From: Actinomycetota bacterium | GTDB lineage: Bacteria > Actinomycetota > JAHEXW01 > JAGVPG01 | Assembly (NCBI GenBank): GCA_020052375.1 | Contig: JAGVPG010000021.1 | Coordinates: 129,811 to 193,810, forward strand | Length of the DNA: 64,000 bases | Direction of reading: 5' to 3' | Shown: one piece after another, positions 9,394-18,566 of the stretch | Layout: every line of letters starts with the position of its first letter | Numbering within the stretch: position 1 is the first letter of the stretch | Translations under genes and position numbers: made by a program | Notes under the pieces: model-generated | What the model was told of the DNA's origin: nothing | Database searches by the model: none | Seen by the model: the letters and a program-made list of their open reading frames with translations, nothing else

Positions 9394-9972
9394 ATGAAGC
9401 GAGCATACCTTTTGCTGGGTATCGTCCTTGCGGCTATAGGCGCGCTTGGGATCATCTTGACCTTCGGCTATTACTACTACTCATTCCCCGACATCGTCAG
9501 CCGCGGTTCGTTTCTCGGCAGCCTGGATTCTTCCGGGATGATGATGTTCAGAGGAAACGGATACATGGATCCGGGACTTATGCAGAACATGATGACCGAT
9601 CTCAGTAAGTCCGACTATGAATCGGAAGGCGAGATGATATTCCTTACCTCCATTGACAACGAAGGAAACATCATCGAGCCGAAATCGGGACCGGGTGCGA
9701 TCAACGGCAGGATGATGATGATGCGGCCTCTTTCTTGCGCCAGTTGCCATGGTATAGACGCCGAGGGCGGCTATTCATTCCCGGATGGGAAGACTAAGTC
9801 AGCCGACATACGGTGGAAGACCCTAGAAAAGGAATTCGATGAGGGATCTTTCAAGAAAGCGGTAAAGGATGGCGTCGATCATGATGGCGGCCGTTTGAGT
9901 TACTATATGCCAAGATGGGATATATCGGACAAGGATCTTGACGAGCTTTTAAAATACCTTAAGACTTTCTGA
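9394..9972 (+). CDS. membrane-anchored methionine-rich mono-haem c-type cytochrome
   Basis: N-terminal TM helix. Met-rich stretches (SGMMMFRGNGYMDPGLMQNMM, GRMMMMRP). CASCHG haem-binding CXXCH motif and a downstream YYMPRW candidate axial Met. AGGAGG SD 6 nt upstream. Confidence 0.6.
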   Translation: MKRAYLLLGIVLAAIGALGIILTFGYYYYSFPDIVSRGSFLGSLDSSGMMMFRGNGYMDPGLMQNMMTDLSKSDYESEGEMIFLTSIDNEGNIIEPKSGPGAINGRMMMMRPLSCASCHGIDAEGGYSFPDGKTKSADIRWKTLEKEFDEGSFKKAVKDGVDHDGGRLSYYMPRWDISDKDLDELLKYLKTF

Positions 9973-11206
9973 GACTGATCTTTCCGAGCCGGCGCTTACC
10001 CACTTCAAGCAGGTCATTGTGCTTTAGCGGGACTTTGGAGTCCTCATCGGATATTTTGTTTCCGTTCAAACGAACGGCGCCTTGTCTTACGAGACGCCGT
10101 GCTTCGCTGTTGCTCGTGGCATATCCGGCCGCCCTGATCAGATCTATGATCCCTATCTTGCTTTCCGCATTCATCGCGTCAGAGACATCTATGGAATCAG
10201 CGACTTCGGTCTTAAGCCCCGGTTCGGCATAACCCGGTTTATGTTTGACATTAAAAGCATGCTCCGCCTCTTTCGCTTCCGTCGCGCCATGATAGATCTT
10301 GACGATCTCCCTGGCAAGCATCCTTTTTGTCTCGCCCGGATGCAGGCTCTCATCCTTCAATCCCTTTTCTATTTTTTCTATCTCGCCAATATGCATATCG
10401 GTCGCCAGACGGAAATATCTGACGATTAGATCATCTACTATCGACATCACCTTGCCGAACATCTCCTCCGGCGGATCGGTTATACCGATATAGTTGCCGA
10501 GACTTTTGCTCATCTTTTGCACGCCGTCCGTTCCTTCAAGCAGTGGCGTCGTGACTATCACCTGTGACTCTTGACCATACGATCGCTGGATCTCGCGTCC
10601 AACAAGCAGGTTGAACTTCTGATCCGTCCCTCCAAGTTCGACATCCGCCTTGACTGCTACGGAGTCATACCCCTGCAGCAGCGGATACATAAACTCGAGT
10701 ATGCTGATCGGCTTGTTGTCCTTATATCTAAGGGAAAAATCGTCCCTTTCCAGCATCCTTGCCACAGTATATGTCGATGTAAGCTGAAGGGTCTCCGCCA
10801 TAGACAGTTTCTTCAGCCAATCCGCGTTATATACGACTTCCGTCCGTTTACGGTCCAGTATCATCATAAGTTGATCTACGTATGTCTTTGCGTTCTCCCT
10901 TACTTCTTCTTCCGACAACTGCTTCCTTTTATCCGTCCGTCCGCTCGGATCACCTATCGTTCCCGTAAAATCTCCGACGATCAAGACCGCTTTATGGCCA
11001 AGGTCCTGGAACTGACGCAGCTTCCTTAATACAACCGCGTGGCCTATATGTATATCTGGCGCGCTCGGATCCAACCCTAGTTTTACCCGTAAAGGCTTCT
11101 CTTCATTTTTCGAACGTTTTAGTTTTGATTCAAGCTCATCAAGCGGTATTATCTCTTCTACTCCCCCGGATAATATCTCAAGCTGTTCTTTAGGATTATG
11201 TTCCAC
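9959..11206 (-). CDS. tyrS: tyrosyl-tRNA synthetase
   Basis: HIGH (DIHIGHAV) and KMSKS motifs with a C-terminal S4-like domain. True start is probably GTG at 11206 (AAGGAG SD 5 nt upstream), giving ~415 aa. The leader is too short for a T-box. Confidence 0.9.
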   Translation of the reverse strand: MEHNPKEQLEILSGGVEEIIPLDELESKLKRSKNEEKPLRVKLGLDPSAPDIHIGHAVVLRKLRQFQDLGHKAVLIVGDFTGTIGDPSGRTDKRKQLSEEEVRENAKTYVDQLMMILDRKRTEVVYNADWLKKLSMAETLQLTSTYTVARMLERDDFSLRYKDNKPISILEFMYPLLQGYDSVAVKADVELGGTDQKFNLLVGREIQRSYGQESQVIVTTPLLEGTDGVQKMSKSLGNYIGITDPPEEMFGKVMSIVDDLIVRYFRLATDMHIGEIEKIEKGLKDESLHPGETKRMLAREIVKIYHGATEAKEAEHAFNVKHKPGYAEPGLKTEVADSIDVSDAMNAESKIGIIDLIRAAGYATSNSEARRLVRQGAVRLNGNKISDEDSKVPLKHNDLLEVGKRRLGKISLRKS

Positions 11207-11312
11207 GTTTTCTCCTTGGATCACTATAGCGTAATAGACGAGCACAATCTTAACACATGGAATACGATTCCTCTACTCTCCGCCCTCTATACTCCTGTAT
11301 AATAAAGGAAGT

Positions 11313-13535
11313 ATGACAGCATTAAAAATCATTGGGATCAGCCTTCTGATCTTTTTAGTCATAGCAGCCGGTATTTTCGCAGGGGTTGCCGCCGGATATA
11401 TGGGTGGCCTGCCTAAGTTGTCCGCTTATAAAGACCTCGGTCACGATCAGACATCTAAAGTCTATTCGGCTGACGGAACCGTGATAGCCACGTTTCATGC
11501 CGAGCAGAACCGTGAGATCATACCCTTGAACGAGATCCCGAAGAACGTTCAGAATGCCGTGATAGACATGGAGGACGAGCGTTTCTATAAACATCATGGA
11601 GTCGACCTCAAAGCCATAATAAGAGCCGTTTACGCTAATCTTAGAAGCCGCGAGGTCTCGGAGGGAGCTTCGACCATCACGCAGCAGTACGTCAGGAACT
11701 CTCTTATCACCCCCGAGGTCACGATGTCCAGAAAGATCAAAGAGGCCGCACTCGCATATCAGCTGGAGCAAAAATACTCAAAAGATAAGATACTGGAGAT
11801 GTATTTGAACACCATATATTTCGGCCAGGGTTGCTATGGCGTCCAGACCGCTTCCGAGAACTTCTTTCATAAGAAAGCCAAGGATCTCACGCTGGGCGAG
11901 TCTTCCCTGCTTGCCGGGCTTGTGGGCGCGCCGAACCTTTTTTCTCCGTATACCAATCCCGATCTGACCTATAAAAGACGTGCCGAAGTCCTTAGTCGTC
12001 TATTAAAAAACAAACACATAACCAAAAAAGAATATAACGCATCTCTAAAAGAACCCATCAATGTATTTCCGATCAATCTGAGTGAGACTCCTACGATCGC
12101 TCCCTACTTTGTCGAGCATGTGAAGCTAACGCTGATAGACAAGTACGGCGCCAACATGGTCTACCGGGGTGGTTTGAGGATCCATACTACCATCGACCTC
12201 AGGCTCCAGGGTATCGCTGAAGACGCGATATGGAATACTTTAAACGAACCGGGTGATCCCAGCGGCGCCCTCGCTTCGATAGATCCTAAGACCGGTTACA
12301 TCAAAGCACTTGTCGGCGGACGGGATTTCAACACCAACAAGTTCAATCTGGCGACTCAGTCAAAGAGATGCCCCGGTTCCTCATTCAAAGCTGTCGCGCT
12401 CGTGTCAGCGCTGGAGAACAATATACCGCCATCCCGTTCTTACGACGCTTCGTCTCCGCGTTATATAAAACTCGCGGACGAGACGTGGAGGGTCGAGAAC
12501 TACGAAGGCCGGCAGTTCTCCGGATCGATGAGTATTATTGAAGCCACGGTCTGGTCCGTCAACGTCGTGTACGCTCAACTGGCTATGGATGTCGGTGCCG
12601 GCAAGGTAGCTGAAACGGCTCAAAAACTGGGTGTCACCAGTAATGTGCCTCCTTATCCCGCAATAGCGATCGGAGGTCTGCCCGAAGGCGTATCACCTTT
12701 GGAGATGGCTTCCGTCTACGCAACGTTGGCAAACGACGGGGTCTATATGAAACCTATAGCCATTACTAAAGTCACAGACGCGCAGGGTAACCTTATCGAA
12801 CAGGCGAAGATCGAGGGCAAGGCTGTCATAAGCAAGAATGTCGCGCGAACGGCAAACAATATACTCAAACAGGTCATTTCACGGGGCACAGGATCAAGAG
12901 CCGATATCGGCAGACCGGCGGCCGGAAAGACCGGGACCGCTGAATACAAACAGGACGCGTGGTTTGTCGGGCACACTCCCGACCTGGCTACGGCCGTCTG
13001 GATGGGCTATCCGGAGGGATCCATTACTATGGACTATGTCCATGGTTATCCTCCGTACGGGGGATCATTGCCTGCCATCATGTGGCAGAGGTTCATGTCG
13101 GCCGCTTTGGAAGGCGTACCACCTTCTGATTTTCCCGGTGCCGAGAATATACCCGGTGGCGGTGAAGTCATGGTGAGTATTTGTACGGAGAGCGGACTGC
13201 TTGCGAATCCCGCATGTCCGTCTACCAAGGATAAGTGGTTTACAGCAGGCCAGGAGCCAAAAGATTACTGCAATATCCATACGCAACCGGCACAGACAAC
13301 GCAACCTCCAGCCGATCAGCCTCATGACGGCAGTGTTTCCGTCGCGGGTGTCGAGGGGCAGTCTCTGGGGAGCGCTACTTCTATACTGACCGGTCAGGGG
13401 CTTGTGGTCGTATTCTCAAAACAGACCAGCGAGACGGTTCCCAAGGATTATGTGATCAGCCAGAGCCCCGGAGCGGGAAGTTCGGCACAACCAGGTTCCA
13501 CCGTGACACTAGTCGTCAGCGACGGTCCGCCTTAA
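11313..13535 (+). CDS. class A penicillin-binding protein (transglycosylase + transpeptidase) with C-terminal PASTA domain
   Basis: 740 aa. N-terminal TM, GT51 motifs (EDERFYKHHGVD, RKIKEA), SxxK/SxN transpeptidase region, C-terminal PASTA (GQGLVVVFSKQTSETVPKDYVISQSPGAG). Confidence 0.9.
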   Translation: MTALKIIGISLLIFLVIAAGIFAGVAAGYMGGLPKLSAYKDLGHDQTSKVYSADGTVIATFHAEQNREIIPLNEIPKNVQNAVIDMEDERFYKHHGVDLKAIIRAVYANLRSREVSEGASTITQQYVRNSLITPEVTMSRKIKEAALAYQLEQKYSKDKILEMYLNTIYFGQGCYGVQTASENFFHKKAKDLTLGESSLLAGLVGAPNLFSPYTNPDLTYKRRAEVLSRLLKNKHITKKEYNASLKEPINVFPINLSETPTIAPYFVEHVKLTLIDKYGANMVYRGGLRIHTTIDLRLQGIAEDAIWNTLNEPGDPSGALASIDPKTGYIKALVGGRDFNTNKFNLATQSKRCPGSSFKAVALVSALENNIPPSRSYDASSPRYIKLADETWRVENYEGRQFSGSMSIIEATVWSVNVVYAQLAMDVGAGKVAETAQKLGVTSNVPPYPAIAIGGLPEGVSPLEMASVYATLANDGVYMKPIAITKVTDAQGNLIEQAKIEGKAVISKNVARTANNILKQVISRGTGSRADIGRPAAGKTGTAEYKQDAWFVGHTPDLATAVWMGYPEGSITMDYVHGYPPYGGSLPAIMWQRFMSAALEGVPPSDFPGAENIPGGGEVMVSICTESGLLANPACPSTKDKWFTAGQEPKDYCNIHTQPAQTTQPPADQPHDGSVSVAGVEGQSLGSATSILTGQGLVVVFSKQTSETVPKDYVISQSPGAGSSAQPGSTVTLVVSDGPP

Positions 13536-13539
13536 CGGC

Positions 13540-14502
13540 CTAGTACCTCTTGACCCTGGTCAATCCCGAACAGGTCGTGATCTCAACGCCTTGCTGTTCC
13601 AGTGCATCCAGCAGCAGATTCATGCCGATGGTATCGCTCGCTATATGACCTGCTATAACTACATTGACGTGAGATTTCTCTGCTTCTTCCCTGTTTTTAT
13701 CACTCATGTGCATCCCGACGAACGTACCGACGCCGGCATCCGCCAGCTTCTGGATCGCTTGCTTCGGTCCTCCGGTGCCGCCGGTCATATCGACCATGAT
13801 CCGCCCGCACCTTTTGTTTTCCGAACCAACCAGTATCTTTGGCCCTATGCTGGTCTGTGTTGCGATCTTATATTCCGGTATCTCTTTCAAAACGTCCATA
13901 ACGTCTTTTACCGTCTCCTGCACTTTGTCGTCAAAGATCGCCTGCAAATATGTCGTCACCATATTGTCAGCGACCGTATGAGCGCACATGAACGGTATGT
14001 CAAGAAGCCTGGCTGAATCCACAGGACGCGCATGGTTTATAGGCATAAATCCGCGTTGTACCTCTCTCATGCGTTCTTCGATAAGCGCATCCCCGATATT
14101 TACCGGTACTCCGAATTTCTCCCATATGTCCGCCTGCATAGCCATCACAGCGTCAAGGTTTGCCAGGGCTTGCCCCTCAGGGTGATGCGCTATTACAAGG
14201 TCGAGTGCTACACCCTTTTCTCTTAGCCGGTCTGCCAGTACGATCTCAGCAGTTTCCATGTCTATACCCGTAAGGACTGCCTTTACTTCCGTTTCCGGAT
14301 CTCCGTAAAGGATCCGTGTATCCGCAAAGGGATTCTTCATCTTCTCTGCGTCGAATTCTTTCTTTTCTTTATCACCTAGCTTATCGTATTCCTTGCTTAC
14401 CTTGTCGAGTTGTTTCTTTACTGCTTTCGGGCCTCGCGGATCGTTTTCTATGCCCATTCTGATGAAAAGATCATAGATCTCCTTCAGCTTCATGCTTCTC
14501 AA
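13540..14502 (-). CDS. Nif3-family (DUF34 / dinuclear metal centre) protein, probable
   Basis: N-terminal MKLKEIYDLF...DTRILYGDPETEVKAVLTGIDMETAEIV...DLVIAHHP pattern resembles Nif3/YqfO. It has an unusual charged insert; moderate confidence. Confidence 0.5.
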   Translation of the reverse strand: MRSMKLKEIYDLFIRMGIENDPRGPKAVKKQLDKVSKEYDKLGDKEKKEFDAEKMKNPFADTRILYGDPETEVKAVLTGIDMETAEIVLADRLREKGVALDLVIAHHPEGQALANLDAVMAMQADIWEKFGVPVNIGDALIEERMREVQRGFMPINHARPVDSARLLDIPFMCAHTVADNMVTTYLQAIFDDKVQETVKDVMDVLKEIPEYKIATQTSIGPKILVGSENKRCGRIMVDMTGGTGGPKQAIQKLADAGVGTFVGMHMSDKNREEAEKSHVNVVIAGHIASDTIGMNLLLDALEQQGVEITTCSGLTRVKRY

Positions 14503-15685
14503 CCCCTTTGAAGACCTTTGTTCCGGTGATCGTGGCCGCTTTGTACGGATGTCCTCCGGTGTAATACACCCTGGGTATCCTGCTACTTACGCTTGTCCTT
14601 CTGGCGGTTACATCCGCCACATCTCCAGGCATGATATTGAATAGTTTTGTGACATCCACCATCGTATGCTGCATCGCCACCCGGCCGACTATCGGTGTGT
14701 TTTGCCCTTTTATCTCGATAAGACTGGCGGGTTGGGCTCTTTTTATACCAAGCCGTTCCGCTCCCCTTCTCAAGAAAAACCTCAAGTTGAACGCGAGTCT
14801 CTCCGGCAGTAACGTAAAACCGTCGGCAAATCCTATGGGTAACGTCGCAAGGACGGTTCCTTTCTTCGTCCGTGCTTCCGAACCGTAGCTTACGGCCTGC
14901 GATTTTTGAAACTCCCTGACAAACATGACGGTCGACTTAAGCAGCCACGTGTTTTTCAGATCCAGCTTTTTCGATACGTCTCCCGAAGAATACTGTCCGT
15001 ATATCAGATTACCGACCCTTACCATGTCCATATGCGTTTCCGGTATATCAAGCGTCGCCGCGCTGTTGGCCGCGTGCTTTAGAGGTACCTCGAAACCCTC
15101 CGAGATCAGATCATCCACGGCCTTTTTGAAGAGTCCGAACTGTTCGTAGGCGTAACTCTTGTTTCTCTCCGCGGCTGTCGCAAAATGCGTATACACCCCT
15201 TCCAGCTCGATGTTCCCCATCTCCTCCACCTTCTTTGCAAACCGCACCGCTTCTTCCGGCAGGATGCCCAATCTGCCGAAACCCGTTTCTATTTTGATGT
15301 GCGCCCTGACTTCTTCGCCCATCTTATAAGCGGTCTTGGATATGATCTCCGCGACCTTCAGGCTTGCCAGAGTCACAGTCAGATCGTACCTTATTAGCTG
15401 CTGTGCCTCATCTCCGATACCTGGATTGAAGACAAGTATTGGATCACTGATTCCTGCTTTTCTAAGTTCAATCCCTTCCTCGGTCGTGTTCACTCCCAGG
15501 AAATCGACTCCTGAATCGAGCATGATCTCTGCCGTCTCAACAGCTCCATGTCCGTAAGCATCTGCTTTTACTACCCCCATCAGCTTGGTCTCCTCTTTAA
15601 GAAGTTTACGCACCTCGCTGATATTATGCTGGATCGCGTCTTTGTCTACTTCGACCCAGGTCAGACCTATATTTCTCACTAACAA
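14471..15685 (-). CDS. alr: alanine racemase
   Basis: VKADAYGHGAV PLP-lysine motif near the N-terminus. Length and domain pattern are typical of Alr. Confidence 0.85.
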   Translation of the reverse strand: MLVRNIGLTWVEVDKDAIQHNISEVRKLLKEETKLMGVVKADAYGHGAVETAEIMLDSGVDFLGVNTTEEGIELRKAGISDPILVFNPGIGDEAQQLIRYDLTVTLASLKVAEIISKTAYKMGEEVRAHIKIETGFGRLGILPEEAVRFAKKVEEMGNIELEGVYTHFATAAERNKSYAYEQFGLFKKAVDDLISEGFEVPLKHAANSAATLDIPETHMDMVRVGNLIYGQYSSGDVSKKLDLKNTWLLKSTVMFVREFQKSQAVSYGSEARTKKGTVLATLPIGFADGFTLLPERLAFNLRFFLRRGAERLGIKRAQPASLIEIKGQNTPIVGRVAMQHTMVDVTKLFNIMPGDVADVTARRTSVSSRIPRVYYTGGHPYKAATITGTKVFKGVEKHEAEGDL

Positions 15686-15698
15686 ACCCTCCTTTTAT

Positions 15699-16811
15699 CT
15701 ACCGCCGGATGAGCTTTCTCATATGCGTATATACGGGCATCCCCCTCCTGTGTATCCAGCTGAAAAACCTTGAGAACTTAAGCTCATATTCTCCGATATA
15801 CTTTACAGGATAAGCCCCGAAACCTTTCTTGAAACGGACGAGTCCATGCAGCGGATGGCTCGGTTCAAGATCGCATGGGATACCTCTGAAATCGTATACC
15901 GGACAGCCATTCTCCTTTGCCCATTTTATCATAGCCCATTGAAGAGCATGATTCGGCATCAGATTCCGGTATTCATTTCCGGATGCGCCGTACACATACC
16001 AGCATCTGTCACCGAAGTGCAGGGCTATAGTCGCGGCTATAGTTTTCCCTTCATGGTCGGCCATGAACATCTTGGCCATTCCTTCCGGCTCCAGGGTACC
16101 CATCAGTTTCTCAAAATAGCCCAGGTTCCTTATCAGAAACCCGTCTCTTTTCCCCGTCACTTCCAGTATCTTGTAGAAAGCTTTAAGGTCTTCTTTGCCT
16201 TCTGCCGTCCTTATGTTCACGCCCTTGCGCTCGGCAAGTCTGATGTTATACCGCCATTTATGTTCCATACGGTTGAGGATATCGTCTGTCGATCCTTTTA
16301 TATCCAGATGCATCACGCACCGCGGTTGTATGCCTTCGAACGAACCGGTTCCATCCGAGCATGACTTAAAACCTGCAGCTACCAGATTCTCTTTGACTTC
16401 TCTTCGATCCTCGGTAACCGGCGGGTCGATCTTTAAAAAAACGGCTCCTTCTCTTTTGGCTATGTCATTTATCGCATCACCGAATATGCCCACAGCTACC
16501 GGATCGCCAAGATCCATGGCCGGACCGCACGGTATATAGAAGATCCTTTTGTTGATCTTGGGAAACTTACGCGACAGGATTGAAAAAGCACCGACGATCT
16601 CCCCCTTCCTCTCCATGACATATCTTGAAGGGACCCATCCCGAAGTGCTCTTAACCTCTCCCCACTCGTACGACTGAAATATATGGCCGGTAGGGAACGA
16701 TGCCACAAACGCGTTATACGCGTCCTTTTCTTCCTCTCTTATTTCCCGAACCACCAGTCCGGACTCATCTTCTGACTTCTTGCTTCTCGCTTCTTGCTTC
16801 TCGCTCTTCAC
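15699..16811 (-). CDS. FemAB/FemX-family peptidoglycan interpeptide-bridge aminoacyltransferase
   Basis: 370 aa with FemAB-like motifs (HKWRYNIRLAERKGV, YDFRGIP). It lies adjacent to alr and the PBP. Confidence 0.75.
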   Translation of the reverse strand: MKSEKQEARSKKSEDESGLVVREIREEEKDAYNAFVASFPTGHIFQSYEWGEVKSTSGWVPSRYVMERKGEIVGAFSILSRKFPKINKRIFYIPCGPAMDLGDPVAVGIFGDAINDIAKREGAVFLKIDPPVTEDRREVKENLVAAGFKSCSDGTGSFEGIQPRCVMHLDIKGSTDDILNRMEHKWRYNIRLAERKGVNIRTAEGKEDLKAFYKILEVTGKRDGFLIRNLGYFEKLMGTLEPEGMAKMFMADHEGKTIAATIALHFGDRCWYVYGASGNEYRNLMPNHALQWAMIKWAKENGCPVYDFRGIPCDLEPSHPLHGLVRFKKGFGAYPVKYIGEYELKFSRFFSWIHRRGMPVYTHMRKLIRR

Positions 16812-16842
16812 TTCCTTACTTCCTCACTTCCTAGCTTCCTCA

Positions 16843-18561
16843 CTACTTAAGCATCCCCAACATCTCTTTTAGCGGCCTTGTATTGATCACGTCATCAGGC
16901 TCCAACCATCCACGTTGCGCCTCAGCGACGCCAAACATCATATATTTTAAGTGAGCAGCCTGGTGGGCATCCGTGTTGATGACCAACTTCAACCCGCGCC
17001 GCTTGGCTTCTCTTGCATACTCGTCTTTTAGGTCCAACCGGTCGGGGTACGCGTTGATCTCCAATATCGTTCCGGTTTTCGCCGCCGCGTCAAGCATGCT
17101 ATCGATATTCACTGCATAGGGAGCCCTCTTTCCGATTATCCTGCCTGTAGGATGGGCGATTACATGGATGTGCGGGTTCTCCATCGCTTTCAATATCCTC
17201 GCCGTCATCTGATCCTCCGGTTGCTGAAATCCGCTGTGTACCGATCCGATCACTATATCGAATCCGGCTAGTACGTCATCTTGGTAGTCGACGCCGCCAT
17301 CGTTGTCTATATTCAGCTCTACGCCGGAGAGAACGACAAAGCCATCGTCTTCATCGTTAATCCTTTTAATCTCTTCGCTTCTTTCCCTTATCTCGTCCAG
17401 GTCCATACCTCCCGCTATCCTGAGTTTCAGCGCATGATCGGTTATCGCCATATAGTCGTAACCAAGCCTTTTTGCCTCGGCTTTCATGTCCTTTATCTTA
17501 TTCAAGCCGTCACTCCATGTTGAGTGCACCTGAAGATCCCCTTTGATTGCTTCGACCGCTATGCTATCTGGCAGTGCGTGTTCGAGTGCCGCATCTATCT
17601 CACCTGTGTCCTCACGCAAAGTCGGCAACATCATATCCATTCCTAGAGTCTTGTATATGTCTTCTTCGATCGAGCCACCGAGCCTTTCGCCCGTCTTCGC
17701 GTCGAATATCCCGTACTCGTTTATCTTGTATCCTTGTCTTTTAGCAAGATCTCTGAGGTGTATATTGTGTTCTTTTGAACCTGTAAAATACTGAAGCGCG
17801 CTTCCATATTGATCTACGGGGACTACTCGCAGATCGACTTGAAGCCCGTTTGAGTTTATGATGCTGGCTTTTGTGTCTCCTTTTGCCAGGATCCGAGCGA
17901 CTTCCGGTAATGTCGTAAAAGCTTCCATCACTTTCTCCGGTTCTTCGCTTGCCGCCAGTATATCTATGTCTCCGATCGTCTCTTTCATCCTGCGCAACGA
18001 ACCTGCCGGACACACATCGTCGACAAAAGGTAATGTTTTAAGTAAAGATACGAAATGATCGGCTATCGGGTATGCCTCGCTTAGGTTTAGACGTTCACGG
18101 CTCGACTGATATAGCTCGATTCCTTTGAGGATATTCTCTTCAGTTTTTCCGCTCAATCCTTTAAGCGATGATATCCTATGATCTTCAGCGGCCTTTTTCA
18201 TCTCGTCGACACCCGTTATGTGCAGCTCATCGTAGAAGGTCTTTGCCTTTTTCGGGCCCACTCCCGGGACTTTCATGAGTTCGAGCAATCTTGGCGGGAT
18301 CGTTTCCTGAAGCTGTTCAAAATAACTCATCTTGCCGCTCTTAAGCATCTCGTCTATACGCCCGGCCATTCCCTTGCCTATCGCGGGTAGTTCCGTCAGC
18401 CGGCCTTCAGTTGATAGTTTATTTATATCTTCCGTGGCGCTCCGGACCGAGTTTGCCGCCCTGCGGAACGCTCTGACGCGAAACACATCCTCGCCTTGTA
18501 TCTCAAGCATATCGGCTATGTCTTCAAAGACGCGCGCCACATCGATGTTATCGATCTTCAT
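16843..18561 (-). CDS. family X DNA polymerase with C-terminal PHP phosphoesterase domain (PolX)
   Basis: HhH/8-kDa domain at the N-terminus, GDIDIL catalytic aspartates, PHP motif DLQVHSTWSDG. Confidence 0.85.
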   Translation of the reverse strand: MKIDNIDVARVFEDIADMLEIQGEDVFRVRAFRRAANSVRSATEDINKLSTEGRLTELPAIGKGMAGRIDEMLKSGKMSYFEQLQETIPPRLLELMKVPGVGPKKAKTFYDELHITGVDEMKKAAEDHRISSLKGLSGKTEENILKGIELYQSSRERLNLSEAYPIADHFVSLLKTLPFVDDVCPAGSLRRMKETIGDIDILAASEEPEKVMEAFTTLPEVARILAKGDTKASIINSNGLQVDLRVVPVDQYGSALQYFTGSKEHNIHLRDLAKRQGYKINEYGIFDAKTGERLGGSIEEDIYKTLGMDMMLPTLREDTGEIDAALEHALPDSIAVEAIKGDLQVHSTWSDGLNKIKDMKAEAKRLGYDYMAITDHALKLRIAGGMDLDEIRERSEEIKRINDEDDGFVVLSGVELNIDNDGGVDYQDDVLAGFDIVIGSVHSGFQQPEDQMTARILKAMENPHIHVIAHPTGRIIGKRAPYAVNIDSMLDAAAKTGTILEINAYPDRLDLKDEYAREAKRRGLKLVINTDAHQAAHLKYMMFGVAEAQRGWLEPDDVINTRPLKEMLGMLK

Positions 18562-18566
18562 ACGGC

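Noticed and set aside
11207-11312. Expected T-box riboswitch leaders upstream of tyrS, pheS and alaS (typical for Firmicutes).
   Set aside because: Leaders are far too short for a ~250-nt T-box: about 106 nt divergent for tyrS, about 50 nt after a terminator for pheS, and a 4-nt overlap with the upstream gene for alaS. No T-box consensus (AATTAGGGTGGNACCGCG) is seen.
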